DNA of 64,000 nt from Candidatus Dormiibacterota bacterium (GTDB lineage Bacteria; Chloroflexota; Dormibacteria; Aeolococcales; Aeolococcaceae), in the NCBI GenBank assembly GCA_003162415.1, contig PMOL01000011.1, positions 84,701 to 148,700 of the forward strand, read 5' to 3'. A program made the position numbers and the translations under genes. Shown here piece by piece: positions 49,011-58,189 of the stretch. Position 1 is the stretch's first letter. Each line of letters starts with the position of its first letter. The notes beneath the pieces were generated by a model. It searched no databases and was not told the DNA's origin. It saw only the letters and a list, made by a program, of their open reading frames with translations.

Positions 49011-49135
49011 CTCGTGATGTGTCACCCGATGTGGGCACACGCGCTGATCACGGGCTCTGTCCCAGCGCCCTTAGACGGCCATCCCGGCTCCGTCAGCTTG
49101 CGCCGAACTGCTGCACCCCGGATCGTCCGAACGGT

Positions 49136-50094
49136 TAGCCATTGTCGAGCAGCACCGTCCGGTCGTCCTACGCCTCGCCGATGCCCGCTTCTGCAGCGGC
49201 CTTTAGCCAACGACGGGCCTGGCCCAGCTCCGCCGGGTCGAGCAAGGTGGCGAGCGGCTGCCCGAGGTTGTACTGGGCGAAGGGGTCACCGCCCTCGGCA
49301 GCCGCTGTCAACCAGCGTCGAGCCTCGTCCAGGTCGGGCCGGTCGAGTTCGGTGGCCCACATCCCGAGGCAGTACTGGGCGTGGGCGTTGCCGGCTTCGG
49401 CGGCGGACGTGAACCAGCGGCGGGCCTCGTCACGATCGGGCCGGGTCGCGCCAAAGTGCGAGCACCCCGAGGGTAGTCCTTGGCGTCGGTGTGACCGGCC
49501 GCGGCGGCAGCGGTGAACCAGCGGCGGGCCTCGTCGACCTCGGGCGGGTAGAACCGGAAGGCGAGCAGCCGCCCGAAGCGGTATTGAGCGTCAGTGTCAC
49601 CGGCTTCGGCGGCCGACGTGAACCAACGGCGGGCCTCGTCGCGCTCGGGCCTGTCGGGCCGAAGGAGCAGCCACCCGAGGTAGGTCTGGGCGGCGACGTA
49701 GCCGGCTTCGGCGGCGGCCGTGAACCAGCGGCGCGCCTCCTCCAGATAAGGCGGGTCGAGTTGGGTGACGAGCAGCTGCCCGAGCCTGTACGGGGCATCG
49801 ACGACACCGGCTTCGGCGGCGGCCGTGAACCAGCGGCGAGCCTCGTCGACCTCGGGCGGGCTGAGCAACGTGGCTAGCAGCCACCCGAGGTGGGTCTGGG
49901 CGGCGACGTCACCGGCTTCGGCGGCGACCGTGAACCAAACGGCGAGCCTCCCCGAGCTCGGGTGGGTCGAGTTGGGTGGCGAGCAGCACCCCGAGGTGGA
50001 TCTGGGCGGAGACCCGGCCGGCTTCGGCGGCGGCGGTGAACCAACGGCGAGCCTCCTCGAGCTCGGCAGGGTCGAGTTGCGTGGGTTCGCTCAC
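49136..50094 (-). pseudogene. Sel1-like repeat protein gene (9 repeats), frameshifted
   Basis: Nine 34-35 aa units (..DEARRWFTAAAEAG...AQY.LG.L), ~105-bp period; three +1 frameshifts (~49938, ~49472, ~49444) and TAG at 49168. Confidence 0.85.
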
Positions 50095-50322
50095 CGGAGC
50101 ATCATGTGCGCTCACTGCGACAGGTGGGTGTCGCCGTGCTCTGGTGGCTCGGCGCCGAGTCAAGGTGGTCGGTCGGAGCGAGATGATCACGTCGCACGTG
50201 GTTCGCGTCATCTGGATCGCCAGCAGACTTACGGCGTCACAGCCTCCCTGGCAGTCCCGAACGGGTTGCTCCTTTCGGGCTTGCACGGCCCTCCGAAACG
50301 CCCGAAGGTCCTTCCAAATCAC

Positions 50323-50359
50323 GCTGACATCCGATATCCGATAGTTATTGGAAGCCAGC
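50323..50359. repeat. lox/dif-like palindrome upstream of the recombinase (site 2)
   Basis: GCTGACATCCGATA-N9-TATTGGAAGCCAGC, immediately upstream of -10 TAGACT (50365) of the recombinase gene. Confidence 0.65.
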
Positions 50360-50377
50360 TGATCTAGACTCCGACTC

Positions 50378-51457
50378 GTGCGGGATTACGCCCTCCTGCT
50401 CGTCGACGGGCATCTGCGCCCGCCACCCCCCGATCCAACGATCTGGGTCAGTTCCGCGCATGGCATTGAGCAGGTCGTCAAGGTTCATCTGACGCAGGCT
50501 GCCGACGTCCCGGCCGAGCCTGCGGACGTCGCGGCCGAGATGCGGAAGTTGCAGCTGCAGATCTTGATGACGAAGGCGTCGAGCACACTGCGGGCCTACC
50601 TCACCGATCTCCGAGACTTCAACGCGTACTGTCAAGCGCAGGGGTCGACGGCGCTGCCTGCGGCGCCAGAGACGATCGCCCGTTACCTCGCTACTCTCGT
50701 CGAACGCGGCTACAAGCCGTCAACGATCTTGCGCCGGCGAGCATCTATCGCGAGGGCGCACCGGCTCGCCGGCCACCGCTTCTCCGAGATAGCCGATACG
50801 TTGGTTCGGCCGCTCCTCGGCACTCTCCGACGACAGATGCAATTTTCCGCGAAAAAGCCGGCGCTGGACGTCACCACCCTGCGGCGGATGCTGCGAGCCA
50901 CCCCGCAGCGGACTGCGGCTGGCGCCCGAGACCGGCTCATGCTCTTGCTTGGTTTCGCCGGCGGACTCAGGGCGAGTGAGTTGATCGCCCTTGACGTCAG
51001 AGACATCCACGTGACCGACCAGCATCTACGGCTTCTGCTCCCGGACGCACGCACCGGCTCGTGGTACGTCGCGCGCGAGGTCGCTATTCCCCGCGGCGAA
51101 CATCCGGAAACCTGCTCCGTGCGCGCAATTCGGGCCTGGTACGCGATCAGTGATATCCATAGCGGGGCCCTCTTCCGGCCCATCGACCGCCATGGTCGGG
51201 TGGGAGCAACACGGCTCAGCGCCCGCGCGGTGGCGCTCGTGATCAAGCGAGCAGCCCAAGGCGCCGGCATCGATCCGACGCTCTACGCCGGCCACTCGTT
51301 GCGCGCCGGCTTCGTGACTGCGGCGCTGGCGGGTGGCGCCCCGGAGCGCGTCATCGTTGTGCAGACAGGGCTTCACTCGCTGTCGGGTGTGCCCCGCTAC
51401 CTTCGTCGCAGACGGAGTCGGCTCGACAGGGACGCCGCAGCCTATTTGGGGCTGTGA
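50378..51457 (+). CDS. Cre-like tyrosine recombinase (SAM-like N-domain)
   Basis: STLRAY..D, ALPA.PE, RDR.MLLLGFAGGLRASEL, GHSLRAGFVT and RY motifs. Confidence 0.88.
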   Translation: MRDYALLLVDGHLRPPPPDPTIWVSSAHGIEQVVKVHLTQAADVPAEPADVAAEMRKLQLQILMTKASSTLRAYLTDLRDFNAYCQAQGSTALPAAPETIARYLATLVERGYKPSTILRRRASIARAHRLAGHRFSEIADTLVRPLLGTLRRQMQFSAKKPALDVTTLRRMLRATPQRTAAGARDRLMLLLGFAGGLRASELIALDVRDIHVTDQHLRLLLPDARTGSWYVAREVAIPRGEHPETCSVRAIRAWYAISDIHSGALFRPIDRHGRVGATRLSARAVALVIKRAAQGAGIDPTLYAGHSLRAGFVTAALAGGAPERVIVVQTGLHSLSGVPRYLRRRRSRLDRDAAAYLGL

Positions 51458-51736
51458 GGGCCCCCTGACTAGCCTCAAACGTAACCGCGCTTCAAGAGCG
51501 TCCGACCCAGCGCCACGAGTCTCAACACCCTCGTCACTCGCTGGTGCATCCCGTCGCCTCCCCGAGGAAGGACGAAGGCGGATCTCAATCTCGGCGTGAA
51601 TCTGGCGAACGGTACCTCGCGTTGCCGTAGGTACATAGATGAGTGACTGGTAGCTCGCGCAACGCGATGGGGGGATTCCTCCGCCTCGCTGATTGGCTCC
51701 GCCACCCGGCCACGATCGCTGTGCTGGGGCGCGTCC

Positions 51737-51940
51737 TCATCGGCCTTCCGATCGAAGTGCCTCGATGTATTGATCGAGGTCGCTCACGGCAACGCGGACG
51801 GCTCGCCCAAGCTTCACCCGCGGGAGTTCGCCTCGGGCCAGGAGCCGTTCGACGTGGCGCCGACTACAGCTCAAATAGATCGCCGCGTCGCTCAGGGTCA
51901 CCAACCGACGGCACGTCGGTACGTCGAGTCCATTCGCCAC
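51737..51940 (-). CDS. xis: Excisionase (MerR-like HTH_17)
   Basis: LVTLSDAAIYLSCSRRHVERLLARGELP.VKLGRAVRV...DL..YI; lies downstream of the integrase. Confidence 0.85.
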   Translation of the reverse strand: MANGLDVPTCRRLVTLSDAAIYLSCSRRHVERLLARGELPRVKLGRAVRVAVSDLDQYIEALRSEGR

Positions 51941-52089
51941 CGACTTTCTCCACGACCTGTCTTCAAACAGTCGCTGCAGCGAGTGGAGAGGCGGTGCGTC
52001 ATCGGGGCGGTCATTCCCCGATGGAGCTCAGTTGGCGACAGCTAGAAAATACACCCCGTTGTGGTGCCGTGTCAAAGGAGCCAAACGAC

Positions 52090-53259
52090 TCAAGCGAAGA
52101 CCCCGTTCAACGCCTCCGCGGCGCTGCGTTGCATGGTCTCGGTCACGTGCGAATAGAGGTCCAGGGTGACCGCAACGGTTGCGTGCCCAAGCATCTCGCT
52201 GGCCACCTTCGGGTGCACGCCGCGGCTCAACATGAGGGTCGCCGCGGTGTGGCGCAGATCATGGAAGCGGATGGGAGGGAGCGCTGAGCGACGCAGCAGA
52301 GCCTTGAACTGTTCGGTCAGACGCGACGCGTGCAGGTAACCACCCGTCGCGCTGCAGAACACGAGATCGCGGTCCTGCCAGACATTGGCGGCGGCAACCC
52401 GTTCAGCGACCCACGCGCTGCGCCGCTGGCGCAAAGCATCGAGCGCGACCGCGGTGAGTTCGACGCGGCGACGCGATCGTCGCGTCTTCGGCTCGGTCGA
52501 CTCCAAGTGCGAGCGTGGAACCCCCGGATCTCTGGCGAGCCGCCGCGGCGTGTAGACGCGGACCAGGCTCCCCGTCACCGCCAAAGAGCCACCGTCCAGG
52601 TCGACGTCGGACCAGCGCAGCGCGAGCAGCTCGCCCTGGCGGAGACCTGCGGTCACGGCCAGCACGTAGAGCGCCTCCAGACGGTCGCCCACGACGGCGT
52701 CAACCAGTCGCCGGGCCTGCTCGGGCGAGAGGACGGACATGTCGCGGTGGGTCACCCGCGGGGGGTCGACGAGCCCAGCAATGTTGGTGGGAAGCACGCG
52801 CCAGCGGACGGCCTGTTGGAGCGCTCGATGGAGGGTCGCATGGCTCCGCTTGACCGTCGCTGGACTCAGGCCCCGATCCAGGAGCGCAGCGTACGCACGT
52901 TGGACATCTCCGGGGCCCAGCCGCTCCAACCAGAGCCGACCGAGATGCGGAATCAGGTGCAGCCTGACCTGTTCCTCGTAGCGGTCCCACGTGCGCGGTT
53001 TTAAGGACGGCCGGACACCGTCGAGCCAGTCCATGAGGTATGACGCGACGGTCTGTCGCCTCGGCAGCGGCGTGAGTCCACTGTCGCGATTGCGGGTTGC
53101 GTCGCGGAGCTTCTGGGCGGCCTCGTGGCGGGTCTTGCCGTACACCGCTTTCCGGCTCACACGGCCCGTGGCATCGGTCGTCACGTAGCGAGCCTGCCAG
53201 CGCCCATCCGGCAGCGGCCGCGACCCGACCGTCCCCTCGCCGGCGGTACGTTTCCTCAT
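52090..53259 (-). CDS. int: Tyrosine integrase (Tn916/ICEBs1-like)
   Basis: GEGT...DGRWQARY arm-binding domain; GLRQGELLAL, EPKT, FHDLRH, LGH and DLYSH; start at ATG 53259. Confidence 0.95.
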   Translation of the reverse strand: MRKRTAGEGTVGSRPLPDGRWQARYVTTDATGRVSRKAVYGKTRHEAAQKLRDATRNRDSGLTPLPRRQTVASYLMDWLDGVRPSLKPRTWDRYEEQVRLHLIPHLGRLWLERLGPGDVQRAYAALLDRGLSPATVKRSHATLHRALQQAVRWRVLPTNIAGLVDPPRVTHRDMSVLSPEQARRLVDAVVGDRLEALYVLAVTAGLRQGELLALRWSDVDLDGGSLAVTGSLVRVYTPRRLARDPGVPRSHLESTEPKTRRSRRRVELTAVALDALRQRRSAWVAERVAAANVWQDRDLVFCSATGGYLHASRLTEQFKALLRRSALPPIRFHDLRHTAATLMLSRGVHPKVASEMLGHATVAVTLDLYSHVTETMQRSAAEALNGVFA

Positions 53260-53277
53260 GCCCTCGACGATACGCCG

Positions 53278-53308
53278 ATTGGCATCGATTGGCATCACCA
53301 TTGGCATC
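53278..53308. repeat. Three direct repeats ATTGGCATC (candidate integrase arm-type sites)
   Basis: Exact 9-mers at 53278, 53288 and 53300, between the tRNA 3' end and the int start. Confidence 0.7.
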
Positions 53309-53388
53309 AGTTGCCCAAAATGGCCCGGCAAGGCCGCCGTGTTGCGGTCGCAGCCGGACGCGAAATCCCTTATGCTGTATGAGAAATC

Positions 53389-53479
53389 CGGAGCGAGAGG
53401 GATTCGAACCCTCGATACCGCTTGACGCGGTATACCGCATTTCCAGTGCGGCGCCCTCGGCCAACTAGGCGATCGCTCC
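53389..53479 (-). tRNA. tRNA-Ser(GGA); integration site, CCA not encoded
   Basis: GGAGCGA...CCGCA-CTGGAAA-TGCGG, long variable arm, GAGGG-TTCGAAT-C-CCTC, TCGCTCC-G. Confidence 0.95.
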
Positions 53480-53531
53480 TCCGCGATTGTATCCGCCACC
53501 TGCCCACAGCCCCCTCGCGCCACCAGCCGCC

Positions 53532-53559
53532 GGTTTCGCCCCCACCGCCTACAGGGTAT
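53532..53559 (+). promoter_or_regulatory. SigB/SigF-type stress promoter
   Basis: GGTTT-N17-GGGTAT upstream of a small hydrophobic ORF. Confidence 0.5.
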
Positions 53560-53600
53560 CTACCATCTGAGCTTCATTTCGCCTCAGGGAGAAACTCGTC

Positions 53601-53756
53601 ATGTGTGTCCTGTTCGCCTTCCTCCTCTTTACAGCCCTGCTCTTCGGTTTGGGATTCGCGCTCCACGTCCTCTGGTGGATCGCCTTCATCTTCCTGATCT
53701 TCTGGCTAATCGGGCTCGCGTTTCGCCCGCGGGGCGGACGCTGGTACTACTGGTAA
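53601..53756 (+). CDS. Small hydrophobic membrane protein (51 aa)
   Basis: MCVLFAFLLFTALLFGLGFALHVLWWIAFIFLIFWLIGLAFRPRGGRWYYW; RBS AGGGAG; resembles actinobacterial 'hydrophobic protein' ending in RWY.W. Confidence 0.75.
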   Translation: MCVLFAFLLFTALLFGLGFALHVLWWIAFIFLIFWLIGLAFRPRGGRWYYW

Positions 53757-53824
53757 CGCGGCGGCCGCAGATCGCGCGATCGCACGGGTCCAGGTCGGGG
53801 CTCGCCCGTATACTCGACGCTCCC

Positions 53825-53913
<89 letters not shown>

Positions 53914-53935
53914 ACGGACGAAGTCGCGCGCGGCG

Positions 53936-54526
53936 CTACACCGACCCGGCCACCGTCTGCGCGGCGGCCCCGACCTGCGAGTCCATGTCGGCGCCGCTCT
54001 TCGTTCCCGACGAGACGTTGAGCACCACAAGGTAGTTGTCCTTGACGAATGCGTAGGTGACCGAATTCGCCTCGATCTCCTTGATCGCGCCGGTTCCCAG
54101 CCCCGACACCGCAACCGCGCTGCCCCCATTGGAGTTCGCCTGGCCGCTGAGCGCCGTCGCGATCGCCGCCTGAAGCGCGGCCTGGCCGATGGCTCCCGGG
54201 AACGGCTCCACGAAGATCACGCCGCCACCACCGCCGCTGCCGGTCGTGTCCGAATAGATGCAGGTGGTCGTCGAGCATGCCCCCATGAGAGCCGTGACGC
54301 CGGAGTCGCCGCTGATGGTCTGAACGTCCGCGGCGGTGAGCAGCGTGGTCGCGGCTGGAGCCGACCCGGTCGACCCGCCACCGAGGCCGGGAATGGTCGG
54401 CAAGGTCAGGCCGCCGCTCGACGCCGTCGGCGTCGGGGTTGACGCATTGCTGGCTCCGCCGCAGCCGGCGATCCCGATGATCGTGCCAATGGAGAGAGCT
54501 CCCACAAGGAGAGGCTTGCTGGTCAT
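53936..54526 (-). CDS. Putative lipoprotein
   Basis: Signal peptide with IAGC lipobox, Thr/Gly/Ser linker and small Cys-pair domain; start at ATG 54526. Confidence 0.75.
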   Translation of the reverse strand: MTSKPLLVGALSIGTIIGIAGCGGASNASTPTPTASSGGLTLPTIPGLGGGSTGSAPAATTLLTAADVQTISGDSGVTALMGACSTTTCIYSDTTGSGGGGGVIFVEPFPGAIGQAALQAAIATALSGQANSNGGSAVAVSGLGTGAIKEIEANSVTYAFVKDNYLVVLNVSSGTKSGADMDSQVGAAAQTVAGSV

Positions 54527-54696
54527 CGAATTCCTCTTGGTCGTCTGCCAGCGCTCCCTCCGCGCTGAATCGCCGCAGATGATAGCGGTCGCAAGACCCA
54601 ATCCACCCCCGTTACCGAATCGGGAGAACGACTTCACCTTGGTACAGTCGAAGCAATGCCGCCCGTGACCCGCGCGACCCCCGGAGCACCGCTGCC

Positions 54697-56736
54697 GTGA
54701 TCCACGGAGGCGCATTCATGGGCGGCAAACGAGACAAGCCGTCCGGCCGGGTTTCCAACCGCCGGCTCCTTCGCCAGACCGCGGGTCTGTTCAAGGCCCA
54801 CCGGCTCGGGGTGGCGGCGATCGCCTTCCTGGTGGTCATCACCGCCGGAGCCGGCGTGGTGAATCCGATCCTCATCAAGGTCGTTTTCGATACCGCGCTG
54901 TTCCCGACAACCACGGTCCACGGCAAGCTCGTCGCCCTCCCGGTGGTGCTGCCACGCCTCGAGGTGCTGGTCGGGATCATGATCGGCATCACGATCGTCA
55001 CCGGGGCGATCGGCGTACTCCAGACGTACGTCACCAACCGCGTCGGTCAGCGCGTCATGGAGGAGTTGCGCAACCGCCTCTACGAGCACCTCCAGGGCAT
55101 GTCACTCCGCTTCTTCACCGGCACGCGCACCGGCGAGATCCAGTCGCGCCTGACCAACGACGTCGGCGGCATCCAGTCGGTCGTCACCGACACCGCCACC
55201 TCTCTCCTCTCCAACGTCGTGACGCTGCTGAGCACGCTCATCGCGATGCTGGTGCTCTCCTGGCAGCTGACCGTGCTCTCGCTGGCGATCACCCCGCTCT
55301 TCGTCTTCTACACGTACCGCGCGGGCAGGGTGCGCCGGCAGATCACCATGCAGGCGCAGGAATCGAAGGCCGAGATCAGCGCGATCACCGAGGAGACGCT
55401 CTCCGTCTCCGGGATGCTCCTCGCCAAGGTCTTCGGCCGCGGATCCGAGGAGGTCACGCGCTTCCGAAAGGAGAATCACCGGCTTGCCAATCTGGCCATC
55501 CGCCAGGAGATGATCGGTCGAGCGCTCTTCGCGGTCATCGGTGCGTTCTTCAGCAGTGCCCCGGCGCTGGTCTACCTCATCGCCGGTTTCGTGCTTTCCG
55601 GCAATCACGGCCCCAGTGCTCCGATTACCGCGGGCACGATCGTCGCCTTCACCACGCTGCAGAGCCGGCTCTTCTTCCCCATCGGCAGCATGCTCTCGGT
55701 GTCGATCGAGATCCAGGCGAGCCTCGCGCTGTTCGAGCGCATCTTTGACTACCTCAAGATGCCGCACGACATCGTCGACCGGCCGGACGCACGCGTGGTT
55801 GCGGCGGAAGACGTCAAGGGCGACGTCCGCCTCGACCACGTCTACTTCCGCTATGACCGTGGCACCTTCGGCCCGATGACCGAGCCGATCCACCGACCAG
55901 CGGCGCCGACGCCGATACCGAACGGACACGCACCCGACGAGAACGACCCGGTCCCCAACGAGATCCGCCGCGATTGGGCGATCGAGGACGTGAGCTTCGA
56001 GGTCAAACCCGGCCAGCTTGCGGCGATCGTCGGGCCGAGCGGCGCCGGCAAGACGACCATCTCCTACCTGATCCCACGGCTGTACGACGTCTCCAAGGGA
56101 GCCCTCCTCCTCGATGGCATGGACGTCCGCGACTACACGATCGCATCGCTGGCCGATGCGATCAGCATGGTCACGCAGGAGACGTACCTCTTCCACGCAT
56201 CGGTGCGGCGCAATCTCACCTACGCCAAGCCGGACGCGACCCAGGAAGAGCTCGAGGCCGCAGCGCGTGCGGCATTCATCCACGACCGCATCGTCGCGCT
56301 CGACGAGGGCTACGACACGCTGGTCGGGGAGCGCGGTTACCGGATGTCCGGTGGCGAGAAGCAGCGTCTCGCGATCGCGCGGGTCGTCCTCAAGTCACCG
56401 CGCGTGCTGATCCTCGACGAGGCGACCTCGGCACTCGACACCACGAGCGAGCGCCTCGTCCAGGCGGCTCTCGAGCCGCTGCTCACCGGTCGCACCACCA
56501 TCGCGATCGCGCACCGGCTCTCCACCATCCTGGCCGCCGACGTCATCTTCGTCATCGACCGGGGCCGCCTCCTCGAGCAGGGCACCCACGCCGAGCTCCT
56601 GCGCCGCGGCGGCGCGTACGCGAAAGTCTACGAGCAGCAATTCCAGGGCGGGCGCGTCGAGGCCGTCTGCGAGGATGGCATGGTGCTGGCGAGCGGTGAA
56701 GTCGTCGCTGCCGCACCAACAGCTCCGGCAGCGTAG
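54697..56736 (+). CDS. ABC exporter, fused permease and ATPase (MsbA-like)
   Basis: TMD with FF..RTGEI.SR; GPSGAGKT, SGGEKQR, DEATSALD and IAHRLST. Confidence 0.95.
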   Translation: MIHGGAFMGGKRDKPSGRVSNRRLLRQTAGLFKAHRLGVAAIAFLVVITAGAGVVNPILIKVVFDTALFPTTTVHGKLVALPVVLPRLEVLVGIMIGITIVTGAIGVLQTYVTNRVGQRVMEELRNRLYEHLQGMSLRFFTGTRTGEIQSRLTNDVGGIQSVVTDTATSLLSNVVTLLSTLIAMLVLSWQLTVLSLAITPLFVFYTYRAGRVRRQITMQAQESKAEISAITEETLSVSGMLLAKVFGRGSEEVTRFRKENHRLANLAIRQEMIGRALFAVIGAFFSSAPALVYLIAGFVLSGNHGPSAPITAGTIVAFTTLQSRLFFPIGSMLSVSIEIQASLALFERIFDYLKMPHDIVDRPDARVVAAEDVKGDVRLDHVYFRYDRGTFGPMTEPIHRPAAPTPIPNGHAPDENDPVPNEIRRDWAIEDVSFEVKPGQLAAIVGPSGAGKTTISYLIPRLYDVSKGALLLDGMDVRDYTIASLADAISMVTQETYLFHASVRRNLTYAKPDATQEELEAAARAAFIHDRIVALDEGYDTLVGERGYRMSGGEKQRLAIARVVLKSPRVLILDEATSALDTTSERLVQAALEPLLTGRTTIAIAHRLSTILAADVIFVIDRGRLLEQGTHAELLRRGGAYAKVYEQQFQGGRVEAVCEDGMVLASGEVVAAAPTAPAA

Positions 56737-56745
56737 AGGGCGCGC

Positions 56746-58179
56746 GTGCCGTCGCGCCTCGACGCCGTGGTCATCGGCAGCGGCCCCAACGGTTTGGCCG
56801 CGGCCGTAGAGCTGGCTCGTGGCGGGGCTGAGGTGCTGGTGCTGGAATCCGCGCCAACCATCGGCGGCGGAACCCGAACCGCGGAGCTGACCCTTCCCGG
56901 CTTTCTCCACGACGTGTGCTCCGCCGCGCACCCGCTCGGCATCCTCTCGCCATACCTCCGCACCCTCCCACTCGCCGACCACGGCCTCACCTGGATTCAG
57001 CCGCCGGCCTCGGTCGCCCACCCGCTGGACGGCGAGCCGGCGGTCATCCTACGCAAGTCGCTCGACGCCACTGCTGATGCCCTGCGACCGGATGCCGCCG
57101 CGTACCGGCGGCTGATGCGTCCGCTGCTTCGCCACCCGCACGAGCTCCTCGCCGAGATCCTCGGTCCCGCACACCTCCCCCGCCACCCGCTCGTGCTCGC
57201 GGGCTTCGGCGTGCCGGCGCTGCTCCCGGCCACGGTCCTGGGGCGGACCTGGTTCCGCGGCGAACGCGCCCGGGCCCTGTTCGCCGGCTGCGCGGCCCAC
57301 TCGATCCTGCCACTGACGCGGCCGGTCAGCGCGGCCATCGGCCTCCTGTTCCTGCTCGCAGCGCACGTCGAGACCTGGCCGATCGCGCAGGGCGGGTCGG
57401 CCGCGATCACCACCGCACTCGCCAGATACCTCGTCTCCTTGGGCGGGCGTATCGAGACGGGGACGCAGGTTGGTGCGCTCGCCGACCTCCCTCCGTCGCG
57501 GGTGGTGCTCTTCGACACGAGCCCCGACCAGGTCGCAACCATCGGGTCACCGGTGCTGTCCCGCGGCTACGTGGACCGGCTCCGTCGATTCCGCTACGGG
57601 CCGGGCATCTTCAAGGTCGACTGGGCTCTCGATGGCCCGATCCCTTGGGCCGATCCGGCATGCCTCGAATCGGCGACCGTGCACGTCGGTGGAACGCTCG
57701 ACGAGATCGCGGCCTCGGAGGCAGCCGTCTGGCACGGTCGGGTCTCGGACCGGCCGTACATGATCGTGGTGCAGCCGAGCCTCTTCGACAGCTCGCGGGC
57801 ACCCGCCGGCAAGCACACCGGCTGGGCGTACTGCCATGTCCCCGCTGGATCCACGCTCGACCTCACCGACGTCCTCGAGCGCCAGGTCGAGCGGTTCGCG
57901 CCCGGGTTCCGCGACCGCATCCTGGCGCGCCACGTGATGAACACCGCGGCGCTGGAGCAGTACAACGCGAACTACGTCGGCGGCGCGATCACCGGCGGCG
58001 TCACCGACCTCGGCCAGCTCTTCACCCGGCCGGCGGTGCGCGCCAATCCGTATTCCACACCCAATCCCGACGTGTTCATCTGCTCCGCCTCGACACCTCC
58101 CGGCGGTGGCGTGCACGGTATGTGTGGCTACCACGCGGCGCGCGCAGCGCTGCGACGCCTGTCCTCCGCCGCTGTGTGA
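56746..58179 (+). CDS. Phytoene-dehydrogenase-like FAD/NAD(P) oxidoreductase
   Basis: DAVVIGSGPNGL, HDVCSA.HP and STPPGGGVHGMCG motifs. Confidence 0.92.
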   Translation: MPSRLDAVVIGSGPNGLAAAVELARGGAEVLVLESAPTIGGGTRTAELTLPGFLHDVCSAAHPLGILSPYLRTLPLADHGLTWIQPPASVAHPLDGEPAVILRKSLDATADALRPDAAAYRRLMRPLLRHPHELLAEILGPAHLPRHPLVLAGFGVPALLPATVLGRTWFRGERARALFAGCAAHSILPLTRPVSAAIGLLFLLAAHVETWPIAQGGSAAITTALARYLVSLGGRIETGTQVGALADLPPSRVVLFDTSPDQVATIGSPVLSRGYVDRLRRFRYGPGIFKVDWALDGPIPWADPACLESATVHVGGTLDEIAASEAAVWHGRVSDRPYMIVVQPSLFDSSRAPAGKHTGWAYCHVPAGSTLDLTDVLERQVERFAPGFRDRILARHVMNTAALEQYNANYVGGAITGGVTDLGQLFTRPAVRANPYSTPNPDVFICSASTPPGGGVHGMCGYHAARAALRRLSSAAV

Positions 58180-58189
58180 AGATGTGGCC

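Larger units (their letters stand above)
38006..53388. mobile_element. tRNA-Ser-integrated element carrying defence/satellite cargo; left boundary not seen and may lie beyond position 1
   Basis: int and xis next to the tRNA 3' end; R-M, TIR, capsid and recombinase genes; gene content changes to housekeeping right of the tRNA. Confidence 0.75.

Noticed and set aside
49200..50060. Regularly spaced GAACCAGCGGCGGGCCTCGTC-like repeats resembling a CRISPR array
   Set aside because: The period is ~102-106 bp, the 'spacers' are homologous to each other, the units translate as Sel1 repeats, and no cas genes are present.
51475..51736. ORF(s) downstream of xis as a replication gene
   Set aside because: Short, with no primase/Rep motifs; likely a deletion remnant.
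47937..53259. Complete prophage
   Set aside because: Only int, xis and a capsid gene are present; no terminase, portal, tail, lysis or replication genes are recognisable.
53260..53523. N-terminal extension of the integrase in the 477-aa ORF call
   Set aside because: It runs through the tRNA-Ser gene and the arm repeats; the family N-terminus starts at MRKRTAGEG (53259).
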